From the NCBI GenBank assembly GCA_951406725.2, contig OX597827.1, forward strand, positions 35,774,001 through 35,838,000: a stretch of DNA of 64,000 bases. The letters run 5' to 3'. Source of the DNA: Octopus vulgaris. Taxonomy: Eukaryota. Below are positions 11,664 through 24,684 of the stretch, one piece after another. Made by a program: the position numbers and the translations under genes. Below the pieces are notes generated by a model that saw only the letters and a list, made by a program, of their open reading frames with translations, did no database searches and had not been told where the DNA came from. The stretch's first letter is position 1; the number at the start of each line of letters is the position of its first letter.

Positions 11664-13897
11664 ATTCTTTATTGCCCACTGGGGCCCAAACATAGAGGGG
11701 AACAATACAAATACACAATGGGGTCACGAATGTTTATTACGTTAAAATGACTATATTATAAAAAGTTATGACATAAAACGGATGGAGACACAAAACAATG
11801 GGACAATACAATGGAGTCGGAGCCGGGTTCAGCTTCTATCCCGCAAGCCCCGGTGTACCACAGAAGCCTTGCCTTACTTCTATGGCTTACAATCAAGAGG
11901 AGTCACTCGTTCTCAACTCCCGCGCCACATCCTTCCATCGTTTTCCATATATATCACGCGACAGACACCTCTTCTCCAGTCTTATTTTCCTTTTAAGATG
12001 GAAAATTTTAAAAAAACCTCACTAGAGCGAGACCGGAGATGAAGATGCCTGTCGCTACTCCTTTCATTCTCGTCTTCCAGACCACCTCTTTTGCTATAGC
12101 AACCACAGCGAGAAAACAAATATTTCCTTCTCGATTAAAAGAAGGTAGAACAATCTTAATGATTGACTCAGAGGTCCTCCATGACAGCAGCTGTTCGACT
12201 TAAAACTTAGGTTTCGATATTTTCGGACACTGCACAATCGCGTGCAGAATGGTTTTGTCGTTCTACTCGCACCTTGGGCATGTGGGCAGGCAAGAAGCAC
12301 CATGCCTTGCAAGTTTATCGAGAAATAGCAAAGCCCCTCGGTAACATTTCCAGGCCAGAGACTTTTGGAAATTATCCAAAGGCCCCGGCCCGAATGTCTT
12401 TCGGAACAGGCTGGCGAGTTGAGTATCGTCGATACCCAGAGTCTCCCCCAGCACGTCGTCGCACTTGCCCTCTACCAACCCTCTATGAAAGAACGAGGTG
12501 GAACCCCCGCCGCTGGCATTTACTGTGTGAGAGAGGAGCACGAGTGCCTGACGGCACTTGGCTTACCATTCACCCAACCTTGGTCTTCGCGTGATCCACG
12601 GTTCCAGTTCACGGAAGCTAGTAAACCTGGGAAGCATCAGTTTAACGAACGGCGACCACACCTGTACACCATACAGGTAGAGCCACATTATAAGTCATTA
12701 TGTGTGCAGATTGTAATGTCGTAGTTTTACCGTGTTGTGTGTTTGATGGGGGATTCTAGGTGGGTCTTTTTTTTGCAGTGGTGTGTGCTGTGTGGGTATG
12801 ATATTTTCAGGGGATGTCCGCATTTTGTCTATTTGCTGTGTATGAGACTTTTTTTTCTTGTGTGCCCTTTTGTGGTGTAACATTTCTTTCCTTTTTTCTA
12901 GATACTAGTCTGTAGTCTTCCTCGGTTCTTTTCTGGTCGATTTGCTCCGTTTCAGTTGCACCTTGGATCCTCTCTGTCACCTTCTCCACGCTTTCGGGCT
13001 CGGTCAGGATCTCGATATCATTCTTTGGTTCTTGTTCCTTTTGGTGGCACATCAATAAAGATATGCCCCTTCTGGCCGCAGCCTTAGCAAGTTGGAGGTC
13101 TCCTCTCCACTGTAACTGCCAATTTAATTTCTTCTGATAACTCGATCACTTCCGGAATTCGGTTCAAGTTAGTCTGTGTGGCCTGGAACACCAATTCCAG
13201 GCCATAACCCCACCAATTTAATTGCTGCGACCGCGTTGCTTGTGCAATTGTTTGGTTTTCTTTTGATCCCGAAAGTATGGCTGCTGCAATCCACACTGCT
13301 TCTATCTCTGGCGGGATCCTGCCAACCCTTACCCTTGCGACTCGTTTCCCCAGGTAGGTGGCACACTTCCCTGCCATTCCTACAGTAATAAATCTCACTT
13401 CCTCTGTACCGTACTTCTTACCACGGCTGTCGTAGATGACTTCTTTCATTGGTTCGAGACATTTATCAATGATCTCCTCCGGAGCCACATCAATCTTCTT
13501 TCAGGGTGGACATAAGGTCCTATACGTTAGTGTTTTCATTCCCAAGTCTTTAGTTAACTTCCCCGGGGACGTCAACTTCACTTTCGACCCCTCCCTTTCT
13601 GTATAATGGTAACATTCACTTACGTTAATATTGAGGATCTTGATTGTACTCATTTTCAACTGTGGTACTGTCTTGTTCTGTTTACGAGCCACCGACGCAT
13701 AGCTTCCTGCTCATTCCTTCTCGTCGTCCATCTTCGGCATCCTACTTTCCATCTCGAACGAGAGAAGGTACAATGAAAAACACAAGCTTGCTGAACAAGC
13801 TGTGTGCTTTTGAAAAAACGCAACAAATTAACGATAATAGTAACAATTTTAGTAGTTCGACGTACCTGGCCAGAAGCCTTCAGCAAATTAAACCACT
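11664..13897 (-). mobile_element. Tx1/L1-clade LINE with ORF1 and ORF2 C-terminus, endonuclease and RT deleted
   Basis: ORF1 pieces at ~12700-13650 (13084-13488 ends RRPPTC*GCGQRGH, a zinc knuckle). ORF2 tail FGPGPLDNFQKSLAW.CY.GAL...CPRC is homologous to 54702-55199. Confidence 0.85.
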
Positions 13898-15040
13898 CAA
13901 TGATTATTTTCTCAAAAGTGAGGTGGGGAGTGGCAGGCTGGTAAATTTGGGGGCCTTTTATACCCAATGAGTCAACGTTTCGCATATGCATCATGCTTTT
14001 CATAAAGATGCGTTCGTGAGCATTACCATTTTCACAAAAATTGAGCAAGTTTGAACCCTACATGCAATCCTTGTGCTTTCAAAAGAGAGTGTTGTTAGTC
14101 AATGACATCTTCCTGATGTCAAATTACCTAGAAATGAGATAAAATCCATATAATCTCAATATTGTGTGTGATAAATATTCTTTTACAGTGCAACGTTTCT
14201 TTTGTAGTTCAATATATATACACCAATATATATACACAGCATTTAAATGTGAGCTTCTATTTATTAATTTCGTGTTCTGATAGTACAATAGTCGGACGAT
14301 GTTATATAGTGTGCCATGTAATATCGTGCAATCTTTGGGGCTCAAAATAGAGCGTGCTTGCTCCCTGAGAAAAAGCGAAAAAGAACGATGGGAAAATTGG
14401 AAGTAAGAAAAAGTGGAGTCGAAAAACATGTGAAAAGAGATAGAAGTTATCTCCCATTGGTCCTTTAGAACGATAATTAATAATGGTTGATGTGGTTAAT
14501 TCGACGGAGAAAATGCGTGTAACTGTAAGGCATTGTCTGTGAACTCGCGAGAGACGAATTGTGGACAAGAATCTTTGCTGCAGACCAGTTATCAGAAAAG
14601 GGAACCCTGGCCAGACGGGAAAGAGACCCGGGCTTAAATAGTGGACCGCTCCTTCCTTGATGTTGTGGATGTTTAATGCATTATAAACAACACTTCCAAG
14701 ACATCCTCATTTGTGGTTATTTTTATGTAAAGCTTGACAAAAGCTATGCATGCGTATTTATTCAGGAGTGTGAATACTACATATAATTTAATTTTTCATT
14801 TTAGGTACATTCTACTTGCTGGCCTCAATTGTGGTTATTCCGGCGACATACAGATCCTGATTCTCCATTATCTCCAAAGAACCATACATACCTGTGACAT
14901 ACCTGTGAATTTGCTCAAAATAAAACGTACAAAGAAATATTCTATAACAGTGATTCATCTCATTAAATTACAATTTGATTATTCATATTTAACAAAGTCT
15001 CAATTTATGTCATAAATTAGTTTTCTTTGTCACTATCATT

Positions 15041-15470
15041 AAGCGGTGAGCCATCAGAATGATTACAACGCCGGACAAAATGTTTATCGGCATTTCTTCC
15101 GGCTCTTTACGTTCTGGGTTCAAACACTGCCGAGGTTGACTTTACCTTCCATCCTTTCAGGTTTCATGAAATAAAAACGGTTACACATTGGAATTCATGT
15201 TATCAACTTAACCCATTCCCCCTAACAACTGCTGGCCTTGTACCAAAACTTGAAGCCATAATTATCATTATTACGGTGGCGAGCTGGCAGAATCGTTAGC
15301 ACGCCGGGCAAAATGCTTAGTGGCATTTCGCCCATCCCTACATTCTGAATTCAAATTCCGCTGTGGTCGACTTTACCTTTCACTGTTTTGTGAAACACTG
15401 GGTTTGATTTAATCGTCTAGACCCCTTCTGCACAAATTTCAGGCCTTGTGCCTTTAGTAAAAAGAATTAT
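15041..15470 (+). mobile_element. Two tandem tRNA-SINE copies (TAT-tail subfamily)
   Basis: Two gcggtgagc/ggcgagctggcagaatcgttagc heads separated by a short attatc tract. Confidence 0.8.
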
Positions 15471-16002
15471 CATTGTTATTGTTGAGAGCGAAAAAAAAAT
15501 AAAGTCTTTTATTTTACATGTTTGTTTTATTTGTTTTCACTCACTGGTAACTGCATGTCTTCTTCCTTGTCTGTTGAACACGTCCACCAGAATTTTTAAC
15601 AGGTTTTTAAATATTTTGCAAACATGAACATAATTTAGATTACAAATTTAATAAATATAAACAACATAAAAACAGTTTGACATAAAAAGACAAATACTTA
15701 TACTATGCAAAAAATGGTGTTTTAACAAACAACCAACCAAAGGCAGCCAATCTTTTAATAATGTTACCGACGTAAAAGTTATTTTAAATATGAGTCAACT
15801 TCCTGAAAAACAATTACATATGATATCAAATAAACCATATACCATCTGCCTCCTTGACTAAGAATTTTATAGGAGAAAGGGACAGGAGAGAAGTTACATC
15901 TGTCTGCTTTTCAAAGAGGAAGGACTTCAGCGTGCCTTCAACGGAACTACTGAAAGACGCCTTGTTTGATATATGAATTTTGTGGTTTGTATTGACCATG
16001 AT

Positions 16003-17081
16003 CAGGGGTGGCCAACCTGAGGTTCGCGGGACTTTTATCTTGCGGCCCGCTTGATACTTTCTTGAAAGGGGTTTATTTAAACAAACATTCAAAAATGTTA
16101 TCAAAAATTAATGATTCTAATGAAAAGTAAAAAAGTAAGATACTACCGTTTTTGCAAAGATACTATTTCGTGTTGAATCAACGATCATTCATTCATCATT
16201 GTGATAATAGCATGAGAAAGCAAAATGCTTTCAATTCTGTCGGTAGTGCTCTATTCTCGTAGTACGTGTATGTAGCTTGCAAGTGTCAATTGAACATCTT
16301 TGCTATTTTTTTATATGTTCACACGTTTATGTACACACTTTAAAATAAGTATTCGAAATTAAAAAGTTATCACGATGAATTTGATAATTGTTTCACTGAT
16401 TTAAAAGAAAAAACATTAAAAAATTTGAATTTTTTTCTTTTCCATTTGATGTCGATGTTGAGACTGTTCTTGAAAATCTGCAAATGGAAATGATTGAATT
16501 GCAGTGTAATATGGAACTTAAACTTCTTTTAGAAAAAAAACTTCAAGATAGGACTTTTGCAAAAATTTAATCACATTTGAAAAATATCCTAATTTGAGAG
16601 CCTTTTCTCAGAGAATTTTTAGTGCTTTTGGCTCCACTTATACATGCGAAAAGGTTTTTCAAAAATGAAGTTTGCAAAAAATTAAAGGAGAAGCTCAATA
16701 ACCGATGAAAATTTAAGCAGTCAACTGCGCTGTCCAGTGAGAAACCTTGAAATAGTTTTGAAGAAAATAAGTAAAAAAAAAAAAAAACGAAAATATCTCA
16801 TTAAATTATAATTTTGATACATGTTCTATTTTTATTGCATCCTTTATTGTGATTAATTTCAAAATAAAATTATGTAAAATATTTGTTTCAAAATAATTTT
16901 AAAATTTTTAAGTAGCAATAAAGCCTACAATTTTATAATTCTAAACAAACGAAAAGTATGAAAAATTCTTGATTCTGTAATTTGATTATTTGACTATTAG
17001 TGCATAAAGTATACAAGCGGTCCTCAAAAAACTTTCTGTGATTAAAGTGGCCTGCAATGTAATTCGAGTTGGCCAGGCCTG
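16003..17081 (+). mobile_element. Internally deleted hAT transposon (Charlie/Buster-like)
   Basis: TIRs CAGGGGTGGCCAAC ... GTTGGCCAGGCCTG; 8 bp flanks accatgat/accaaaat (6/8 TSD match); transposase C-terminal remnant LQMEMIELQC...YPNL...FGSTYTCE. Confidence 0.88.
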
Positions 17082-17099
17082 ACCAAAATAGTGTGTATG

Positions 17100-17716
17100 A
17101 GGCTACATGGTTTTCGTTGATCGAGAAAGCATACAAAGGATTACATGAAAACTACTTGCCTAGTCTTCATGATTCAGAAAGAAATTGGATTGGTATGCCA
17201 TATGCCTCCTGTCTAGAAGCAGATGCAACAATACATGAAAATATAACAGCAAAAATACTGATAGTGACGTTGACTTTTGGATTATCATCACATTCGGGAC
17301 ACAGTACGGAATCCGATATAGCATAGAGAGTCTGGATAAAAAATCGATAAACCGATCCCTTATAGGATTTTCCAATAAAATTGGCTACACCCTATTTTCA
17401 ACCATAACTTTTACCAATTCTGATTTATTTTGTTCAAACTTGATGCCAGCATTACTTAGCATTCATGGGATCTTTCAATACTTTAAGTTCTCTAAAAACA
17501 AAAAAAAATCGATGTATGGAAAAAAATCGATAAACCGATTCCTTGTGGGATTCCCCAATCAAGTGATCTGCAACAAATTTTCAGCCAAAAGTTTACCAAT
17601 TCAACGTATTTCGCCCAAATTTGACGTCGATGTTACTTAGTTTGGTTTGAAATAATGAACTTGATTAGCTTAATAATCCTAACTTAATCCTCGGCAAAGC
17701 CGGTCTATACTGCTAG
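17100..17716 (+). mobile_element. Non-autonomous Helitron-like fragment (3' end)
   Basis: Hairpin cggcaaagccg, then CTAG|T at 17713-17717; internal repeat aaaatcgataaaccgat. The 5' limit is uncertain. Confidence 0.55.
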
Positions 17717-17721
17717 TAACA

Positions 17722-17826
<105 letters not shown>

Positions 17827-18119
17827 ATATATATATGTATGTATATATATATAAATTGAGATAGGGGTTGTAAATGCAACCCTCCATGGGATAACATATA
17901 TCCAATATACTGCTAGTGAAGTACCCAACAAAGTTAATACATAAATGTTAATGATTGCGATGCAATCAATTCATTTACTGTATTATATGGGCAAAGGTAA
18001 AATGATTTACCACAAATTACTAATACAAGATAAGAAAATGGAGAAATACATCTAAATCAAATATCAATTATCAGATAATACTCAATCACATACTTTATTA
18101 AACCACCACATAAGAGACT

Positions 18120-18232
18120 GTACCATGAGGTTATCCTAAAATAGGAGTTGCTTTTCTATTGTAAATATCCCAAATTATATATATATATATATATATCTAA
18201 AATAGGAGTTGCTTTTCTATTGTAAATATCCC

Positions 18233-18310
<78 letters not shown>

Positions 18311-18362
18311 GGGATATTTACAATAGAAAAGCAACTCCTATTTTAGGATAACCTCATGGTAC
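18120..18362. repeat. (TA)n-centred palindrome with ~57 bp perfect arms and an internal direct duplicate
   Basis: gtaccatgaggttatcctaaaataggagttgcttttctattgtaaatatcccaaatt is the reverse complement of the sequence ending at 18362. Confidence 0.92.
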
Positions 18363-18856
18363 GGTTATACGCAGAGAAAATTACATCAAATAAAATATTT
18401 AAAATAACATACAATAAAATTAGTTAAATAAATATATCTTACCTGTTGTTAATCTGTTGGGTAAGGCGGTAGTACAAGTAATCGCTGCACGTGTTTATGC
18501 GCTAGTGGGTGTGTGTATTAAGGTTATACTTAATACATAACTCCACCTGTGCATTCTCAGGCAATGTATGTTATTGTTATGTACGGGTAAAAGTTTAAAA
18601 TTAAAAACTAAATATCATATTAGAATAAAAATTACAAATATATTTTTAAAATACTACATATCTAAATTACAATTAAGATATATATTGAAAATGCTCTACA
18701 TAAGGAAATTATTAACGAGTAAATTAGAAACATATCAAATATTATATTTCTAAATAAATATTAAAGAAATTAATAATTTGGTGTAAAATATACCCCTGTC
18801 AATACTGGTATAATAAAACATATTTTTATGTCAAATGTGATTTAATAGAGAGACTA

Positions 18857-18873
18857 AGTAATTTTAATATTTC

Positions 18874-18911
<38 letters not shown>

Positions 18912-18944
18912 GTATATTTATATATATATATATATATAAATGTA

Positions 18945-18983
<39 letters not shown>

Positions 18984-19000
18984 GAAATATTAAAATTACT
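18857..19000. repeat. Second (TA)n-centred palindrome
   Basis: agtaattttaatatttctatta ...(TA)n... taatagaaatattaaaattact. Confidence 0.88.
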
Positions 19001-19011
19001 AAGTAATCAAA

Positions 19012-19418
19012 CTGCCAATCAAACTCCCAACCATGCGTTCCCGTCGCGAAATTGATTGCGCAGAACTGGGTTGGGTGTGAAACCAAAACTCAATAAACGA
19101 GATTTAGGTGTATTTTCAAAATCATGTTATTTTGCGGTCAAATTCGAGTTTTTCGCTTTTTTCTACCTCCTTTTTTATCCGACATGGGCACAGCATGGGC
19201 ACAGTCCCGCTAATTTTCCATGATTATGCCTTTCCGAAGTCCAATGAATATTAATTACTCTCATAAAAAGCTCCAACTAGCTCATAAGCAACAAAACTGG
19301 TCCGGGCTGAAATGTGATAAGAAATTTAGCTCTTGATTTAGTGGGAAATTTTTACTGCGACCTGGCAACGAACAACAGGCACTAGCACTAGACCCGGCAA
19401 CGCCGGGTCATAGTACTT

Positions 19419-19477
<59 letters not shown>

Positions 19478-19611
19478 GATAATAAAACACTTTCAATGCA
19501 GTGAAAATTAGAGCACCACGACAAACCACAGTACATATCCAAGGCCCACAGCTGCGCTCGGTAGTGTAGTGAAAGCACGTGATAAAAATAAGACTACGCA
19601 ATAAAAATTTA

Positions 19612-19653
<42 letters not shown>

Positions 19654-19725
19654 TAATAATAATAATAATAACCATCGATCCTGTTGTCTCCATATGCAGT
19701 CTACTTGCGCCTAGGGAGTATCTCA
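19012..19725 (+). repeat. Left arm of long inverted duplication (partner 21726-22471)
   Basis: Colinear reverse complement of the partner with scattered substitutions. Contains a Helitron 3' part, two (TAA)n tracts and the first ~55 bp of an R4 fragment. Confidence 0.95.
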
Positions 19726-19975
19726 ACAGGCATGATAGAGCAGCACAGTATATTCACTGGGTAATTTGCAAAAACTTGGACCTACCCCATGATAAAAACT
19801 GCTGGGAACACAAACCACCTCCAGTGCATGAAAATGACCACATCTCACTCCTCTGGAACTTAACCGTTCAAACTGACAGAAAGAAAAATGCGAATAGGCC
19901 AGACATTATATTTAAGGACTTCAGACAAAAATCATCCCTCCTCATCGATATGACTGTCCCAATCTGTCAAAACGT
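19671..19975 (+). mobile_element. R4/Dong-type LINE fragment (zinc knuckle end plus restriction-like endonuclease) directly after (TAA)n
   Basis: TIDPVVSICSLLAPREYLNRHD...IHW...WEHKP...LLWN..VQTDR...NRPDII.KD.....LLIDMTVP. Confidence 0.88.
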
Positions 19976-20989
19976 AGTACAAAGCAAAAGTCAAACATAT
20001 AACAACAACAACAACAACAACAACAAATGCCCTGATGCAATACCAAGTAGTGGTTCTCATGGCTTTTGATCTTAACTAATTAGAAGTGTTATCATGTATA
20101 TGTTTTGTCTTGGCAAATATTCTGCCCAATACCACAATTTAGCTTATCAGTTGTTTGAACTTAACCAGTTGAGTATGTCCCTTAGTGGCTGCTGATATGA
20201 GCATCTCTAATCACGAGCAAATGTAGTGGTAGAGCGTCACAACAATGTGTTGAGAAGGATGTTTTGGGGTTTGAATAATTCGCCTCTAGAAACATGGGTG
20301 TTTCATTCATCATCCTTAAACTTTATTCAGAGACTTTTTGAGTAGGATGGACTACTCGACCTAAAGAAAATTCTAACTGGACTCCACCTGTAAGGTTATG
20401 CGCTGTTTATCTTGATATGCGATAACCGTGTTGCGCACATCTAAACGTAACTGAAAACAATTTCAAAACAAACAACCACCCACAACACATAAAAGTAGTA
20501 CATACCACACAAAACATACACAGATTAATGCAATCTCTCTACTCTAATGTTGTAGGGAGATTTTAAATATATTTGTCTAAAAAACTGTATAAAAATCTCG
20601 AGACTTTCGAAACAGTAAGTGACTCTCTTTCTCTCTTTCCACTTTCTGTTTTCACTTTGACACGTGAGTAGAACTCATGTCTGGAAACCTTGTGACATAC
20701 TTAGATTGTTGAAAAAAAATTCGATGATAGGACCCTTCCGATGGATCCTTCTATCTACTACATATTACTAATATTTTGTTTAAACAACCCAAGGGAAATA
20801 ACCAACACTATTGTAGCGGAGCGATTAATATTTGATTCTCACGGTCAGCCGACCTAATTCTGCATTTCACTACTCACAGTTTTGAACTGCTAAACATTAT
20901 TGTTGCACTTCCTTAATTTGAATCTTAAACCTTAAAGACTTCATTCATACATTTCTATTCATACATAATTTTTTGAATGCCCATTACTC

Positions 20990-21421
20990 TAATGATTCTG
21001 CATTTTTACTGTTATACTTTTTCCATGAAAATAGATAAATTTTTTATTCCACAACGTATTTGTAGTGGCTTCATGCAGGCATAACGTGGATTCGATCCTC
21101 GATTGCTAAATTTCACATAATACTTCAACAGCGCTTTTCTCACGGTAAAACAATAGTCTTTCTGTGAACGACAACCTCTCTCGCCAGTCTCCGAAAACCT
21201 CTCTCGATAACCTCCGACGACCTCTCTTCCCAACCTCCGACAATCTCTCTCGCCAACCTCCAAAAATCTTTCCCTCCTCCAGCTGACAGTTTTTGTACAT
21301 TTTCGTGAATGAAAATGCACCTTTTGTGGCAGTTATAACGAAATTGGTTTCTTATATCAGAGTAATAACGCGTCCCATTTGAACATCTTTACCCCGGGGA
21401 ATTACCGGGTACACCAGCTAG
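20990..21421 (+). mobile_element. Helitron-like fragment with internal ~22 bp tandem units
   Basis: Ends cccgg-ggaatta-ccggg...CTAG (21418-21421). A homologous inverted copy starts at 26976. Confidence 0.65.
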
Positions 21422-21443
21422 AATACATACATACATACATACA

Positions 21444-21477
<34 letters not shown>

Positions 21478-21563
21478 CATACATACATATATACATACAT
21501 ACATATATACATACATACATGCATGCATGCATGCATGCATACATGCATGCATACATACATGTA

Positions 21564-21612
<49 letters not shown>

Positions 21613-21725
21613 AATGTGAGGATAAAAGTCTTTTCGAAAAAAAATATATTCTCGAAAAAAATTTTATCAATTGCCAGCATATTAAAAAATACCTTTAACG
21701 GTTAAATTTATAAACAATTCATAAA

Positions 21726-21803
21726 TGAGATACTCCCTAGGCGCAAGTAGACTGCATATGGAGACAACAGGATCGATGGTTATTATTTTTATTTTTATTA
21801 TTA

Positions 21804-21855
<52 letters not shown>

Positions 21856-22029
21856 CATTATTATTATTATTATTATTATCATTATTATTATTATTTTAAT
21901 TTTTATTGCGTAGTCTTATTTTTATCACGTGCTTTCACTGCACTACCGAGCGCAGCTGTGGGCCTTGGATATGTACTGTGGTTTATCGTGGTGCTCTAAT
22001 TTTCACTGCATTGAAAGTGTTTTATTATC

Positions 22030-22067
<38 letters not shown>

Positions 22068-22471
22068 AAGTACTATGACCCGGCGTTGCTGGGTCTAGCG
22101 CTAGTGCCTGTTGTTCGTTGCCAGGTCGCAGTAAAAATTTCCCACTAAATCAAGAGCTAAATTTCTTATCACATTTCAGCCCGGGCCAGTTTTGTTGCTT
22201 ATGAGCTAGTTGGAGCTTTTTATGAGAGTAATTAATATTCATTGGACTTCGGAAAGGCATAATCATGGAAAATTAGCGGGACTGTGCCCATGCCATTAGT
22301 CGAATAAAAAAGGAGGTAGAAAAAAGCGAAAAACTCGAATTTGACCGCAAAATAACATGATTTTGAAAATACACATAAATCTCGCTTATTGAGTTTTGGT
22401 TTCACACCCAACCCAGTTCTGCGCAATCAATTTCGCGACGGGAACGCATGGGTTGGGAGTTTGATTGACAG
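21726..22471 (-). repeat. Right arm of long inverted duplication
   Basis: Reverse complement of 19012-19725. Confidence 0.95.
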
Positions 22472-23522
22472 AGGTGATCAAGTTGCACATTCCAGCCCTT
22501 TTGACACCACCCGCCCCCTCACCTGACCCCCTCGTCCTAAGAGTGAATAGCAATGGTGGTAAGAAAAGTGCTGATTCCGGCGAAAAGGCAGAGCAATTAG
22601 AGGACAAAAAACAGCATTCAAAGTGATTTTATTAGTATGACGCATTGAAGCAATTAACGTCAATAAGTTTAATAAGGTCAGTAAGGTCAATAGTTTTAAG
22701 TTCATGACGCATAGAAGCACGTAAGATATCAAGATTAACTAAGGTATAAATAATAGTTATTCCTTTTCGCCGGAAGGCTAATTGGGCTCCCGATCCATTG
22801 AAACGGAGAAGGTTAGGTTCGGAACACAACTAAGCCTTCAGCTAAAACCTAGACTAACCTTACGGAAGGGGCAGCTCGAAAGCCTCTAATAGGCAGCTTC
22901 TAATCCCGATCTATCACTAACCCATTCTAGGGGTTCTAAATGACATGGCTGTAGAGGAAATTGGCTATGGAGATGTGCATGGCGGGTTTGTTTCGGAGGA
23001 GGACGACTGCATTGGATTAAGGACCATTGAAGAATGTAGCTTCGGAGATCCTAACTCGTTAATTATTCCCTGCATTTCTCAAATCAAAAAAGCGTGCACG
23101 TTTGAAAGTAAAAACACTTGATAATGCATCTTTGCAAAACACAAAAATGCGCTGAGTCATACAGACTGTCTGCAAATGTGCACGCGCATTCAACTGTCAA
23201 GGGTAAAATTATCTCCGTCCAATCAAGAATAGCTGGCAGTCTATTGGCGTATCTAGCTGTACGCACGCACCGCGTACAAATTTCTATGTTTTAGCGATTT
23301 TGAATGGATATGTCCATAACTTATGGGCATAAGGGGTCAGTTTATCGATTTTTTTAATGGCTTTCTGGGGTGACTGGGGAAATGAAAAGATCTTCACGAC
23401 CACCCTCAGACAGTTTTGAAAGCCCATAGAAAATGCGAGCCTTTTACGTGAAAAGTTGTGGATTTGTATAAAAGACACACAGACACACATACACAGACAT
23501 TTTGCCGTTTATGGATATAGAG

Positions 23523-23523
<1 letters not shown>
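22067..23523 (-). mobile_element. Apparently complete non-autonomous Helitron (~1.45 kb) inserted in (TAA)n
   Basis: Minus strand: A|TCTCTATATCCATAAACGGCAAAATGTCTGTG 5' end; GC-rich subterminal hairpin (gacccggcaacgccgggtc in the left-arm copy); CTTG|T end (CTAG variant); no TSD; TAT tracts on both sides. Confidence 0.75.
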
Positions 23524-23572
<49 letters not shown>

Positions 23573-23825
23573 CCTATATTTGCAGCTCGGTGTGACCTTA
23601 AAAATCTGGCATCGCCAGTTGGCATCATTAGGCAGTGGCCGGCATAATAGAATAGGAGCTATTATATGCATATTCAAAACATTTCCTGTAAATGAACTTA
23701 AAGTATATATATATATAACGGGAAAGTTTACGAAAATAAACAAAAGACGAAGGCAGGTGGAGTACAAACAAACAAATGTATTAGTATAGCGCTCAGGAAT
23801 AGAAATAGAAAAAGTCTTTTACGTT

Positions 23826-24684
23826 TTGCATGTTTATTAGTTTTATCAAAGTTTATTTTATCTGTATTACAAGTGTTCAGTACTATGTTCTTATTAATAT
23901 TCTTAATTTCATTAGGATATTTTGCCGTTGTAAATCTATTTCTACTATTATTTCTGGCTTGATCCCTATTGTTGTCTACGTTACTAATTGTATGTTTCTT
24001 AATTTTATCTAAAATTGTCTTATCATGGCTATCTATGTTATGGTCTATGCAGTTATCCTTGTTCTTATAATCATTTCGATTAGATGTTGTATTAAATCTA
24101 CCTATACGTATCTTTTCGGCTTGATCGTTTTTGTTGTTTATGTGGTTATTGTTATTTAAATTATTTAAATTGTTATGAGTTTGTAAGTTTTCTATATCAA
24201 TAAATGTAATTTTTTGGTTATATCCTGCTCTAGATAACGCCTCATTATAATGCTCCGAGTGTGAGTTAAATATATCAAAATTAGACGATAATTTGGATAT
24301 TCTCATGAAAATATTTCTAATTAAGGAATTAATTATATTTGGGGGATGATTAGATAATTTACTTACGTAACTAGTGATTTCACCTTCTTTTCTAAATGGG
24401 TAATGTAGTTTAGAGTTAAGGTCTAATGTAATATCTAGAAAATTAGCTATTTTAATGCCTGGTTCATAGGTTATGCTAAGGTTGAAATCTTTAAAGAACC
24501 TATTAATTTTCTTTTTGATTCTTTCTATGTGTGATTTATTATTACTATGGACAACAAACAAAGCATTATCTCTATATAAACCACCTTGCAATTCAGGGAT
24601 CTCATTTTTTATGCATTTCAGTAGATATGCTCCGACTAAGTTGGTCACCTCAGCCGAATCACTTGAGCCCATAGGAATATCGAA
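23826..24684 (-). pseudogene. Penelope-like reverse transcriptase C-terminal half (inverted segment)
   Basis: IPMGSSDSAEV..LVG, GLYRDN (YRDD motif altered), NFLDITLDL, YVSKLSNHPPNI, YNEALSRAGY, then an Asn-rich linker. Confidence 0.9.

Noticed and set aside
13656-14048. 130 aa minus-strand ORF
   Set aside because: It spans the Tx1 5' UTR and flank, with no recognisable motif.
21165-21275. Short regularly spaced repeats resembling a CRISPR array
   Set aside because: These are degenerate ~22 bp tandem units without unique spacers, inside a Helitron-like repeat in eukaryotic DNA with no cas genes.
19012-22471. Arms read as TIRs of a large DNA transposon, or as an assembly artefact (spacer is exactly 2000 bp)
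   Set aside because: The arms are composites that cut through other elements and have no TSD. They differ by substitutions and indels, which argues against simple mis-assembly, though long reads are needed to confirm.
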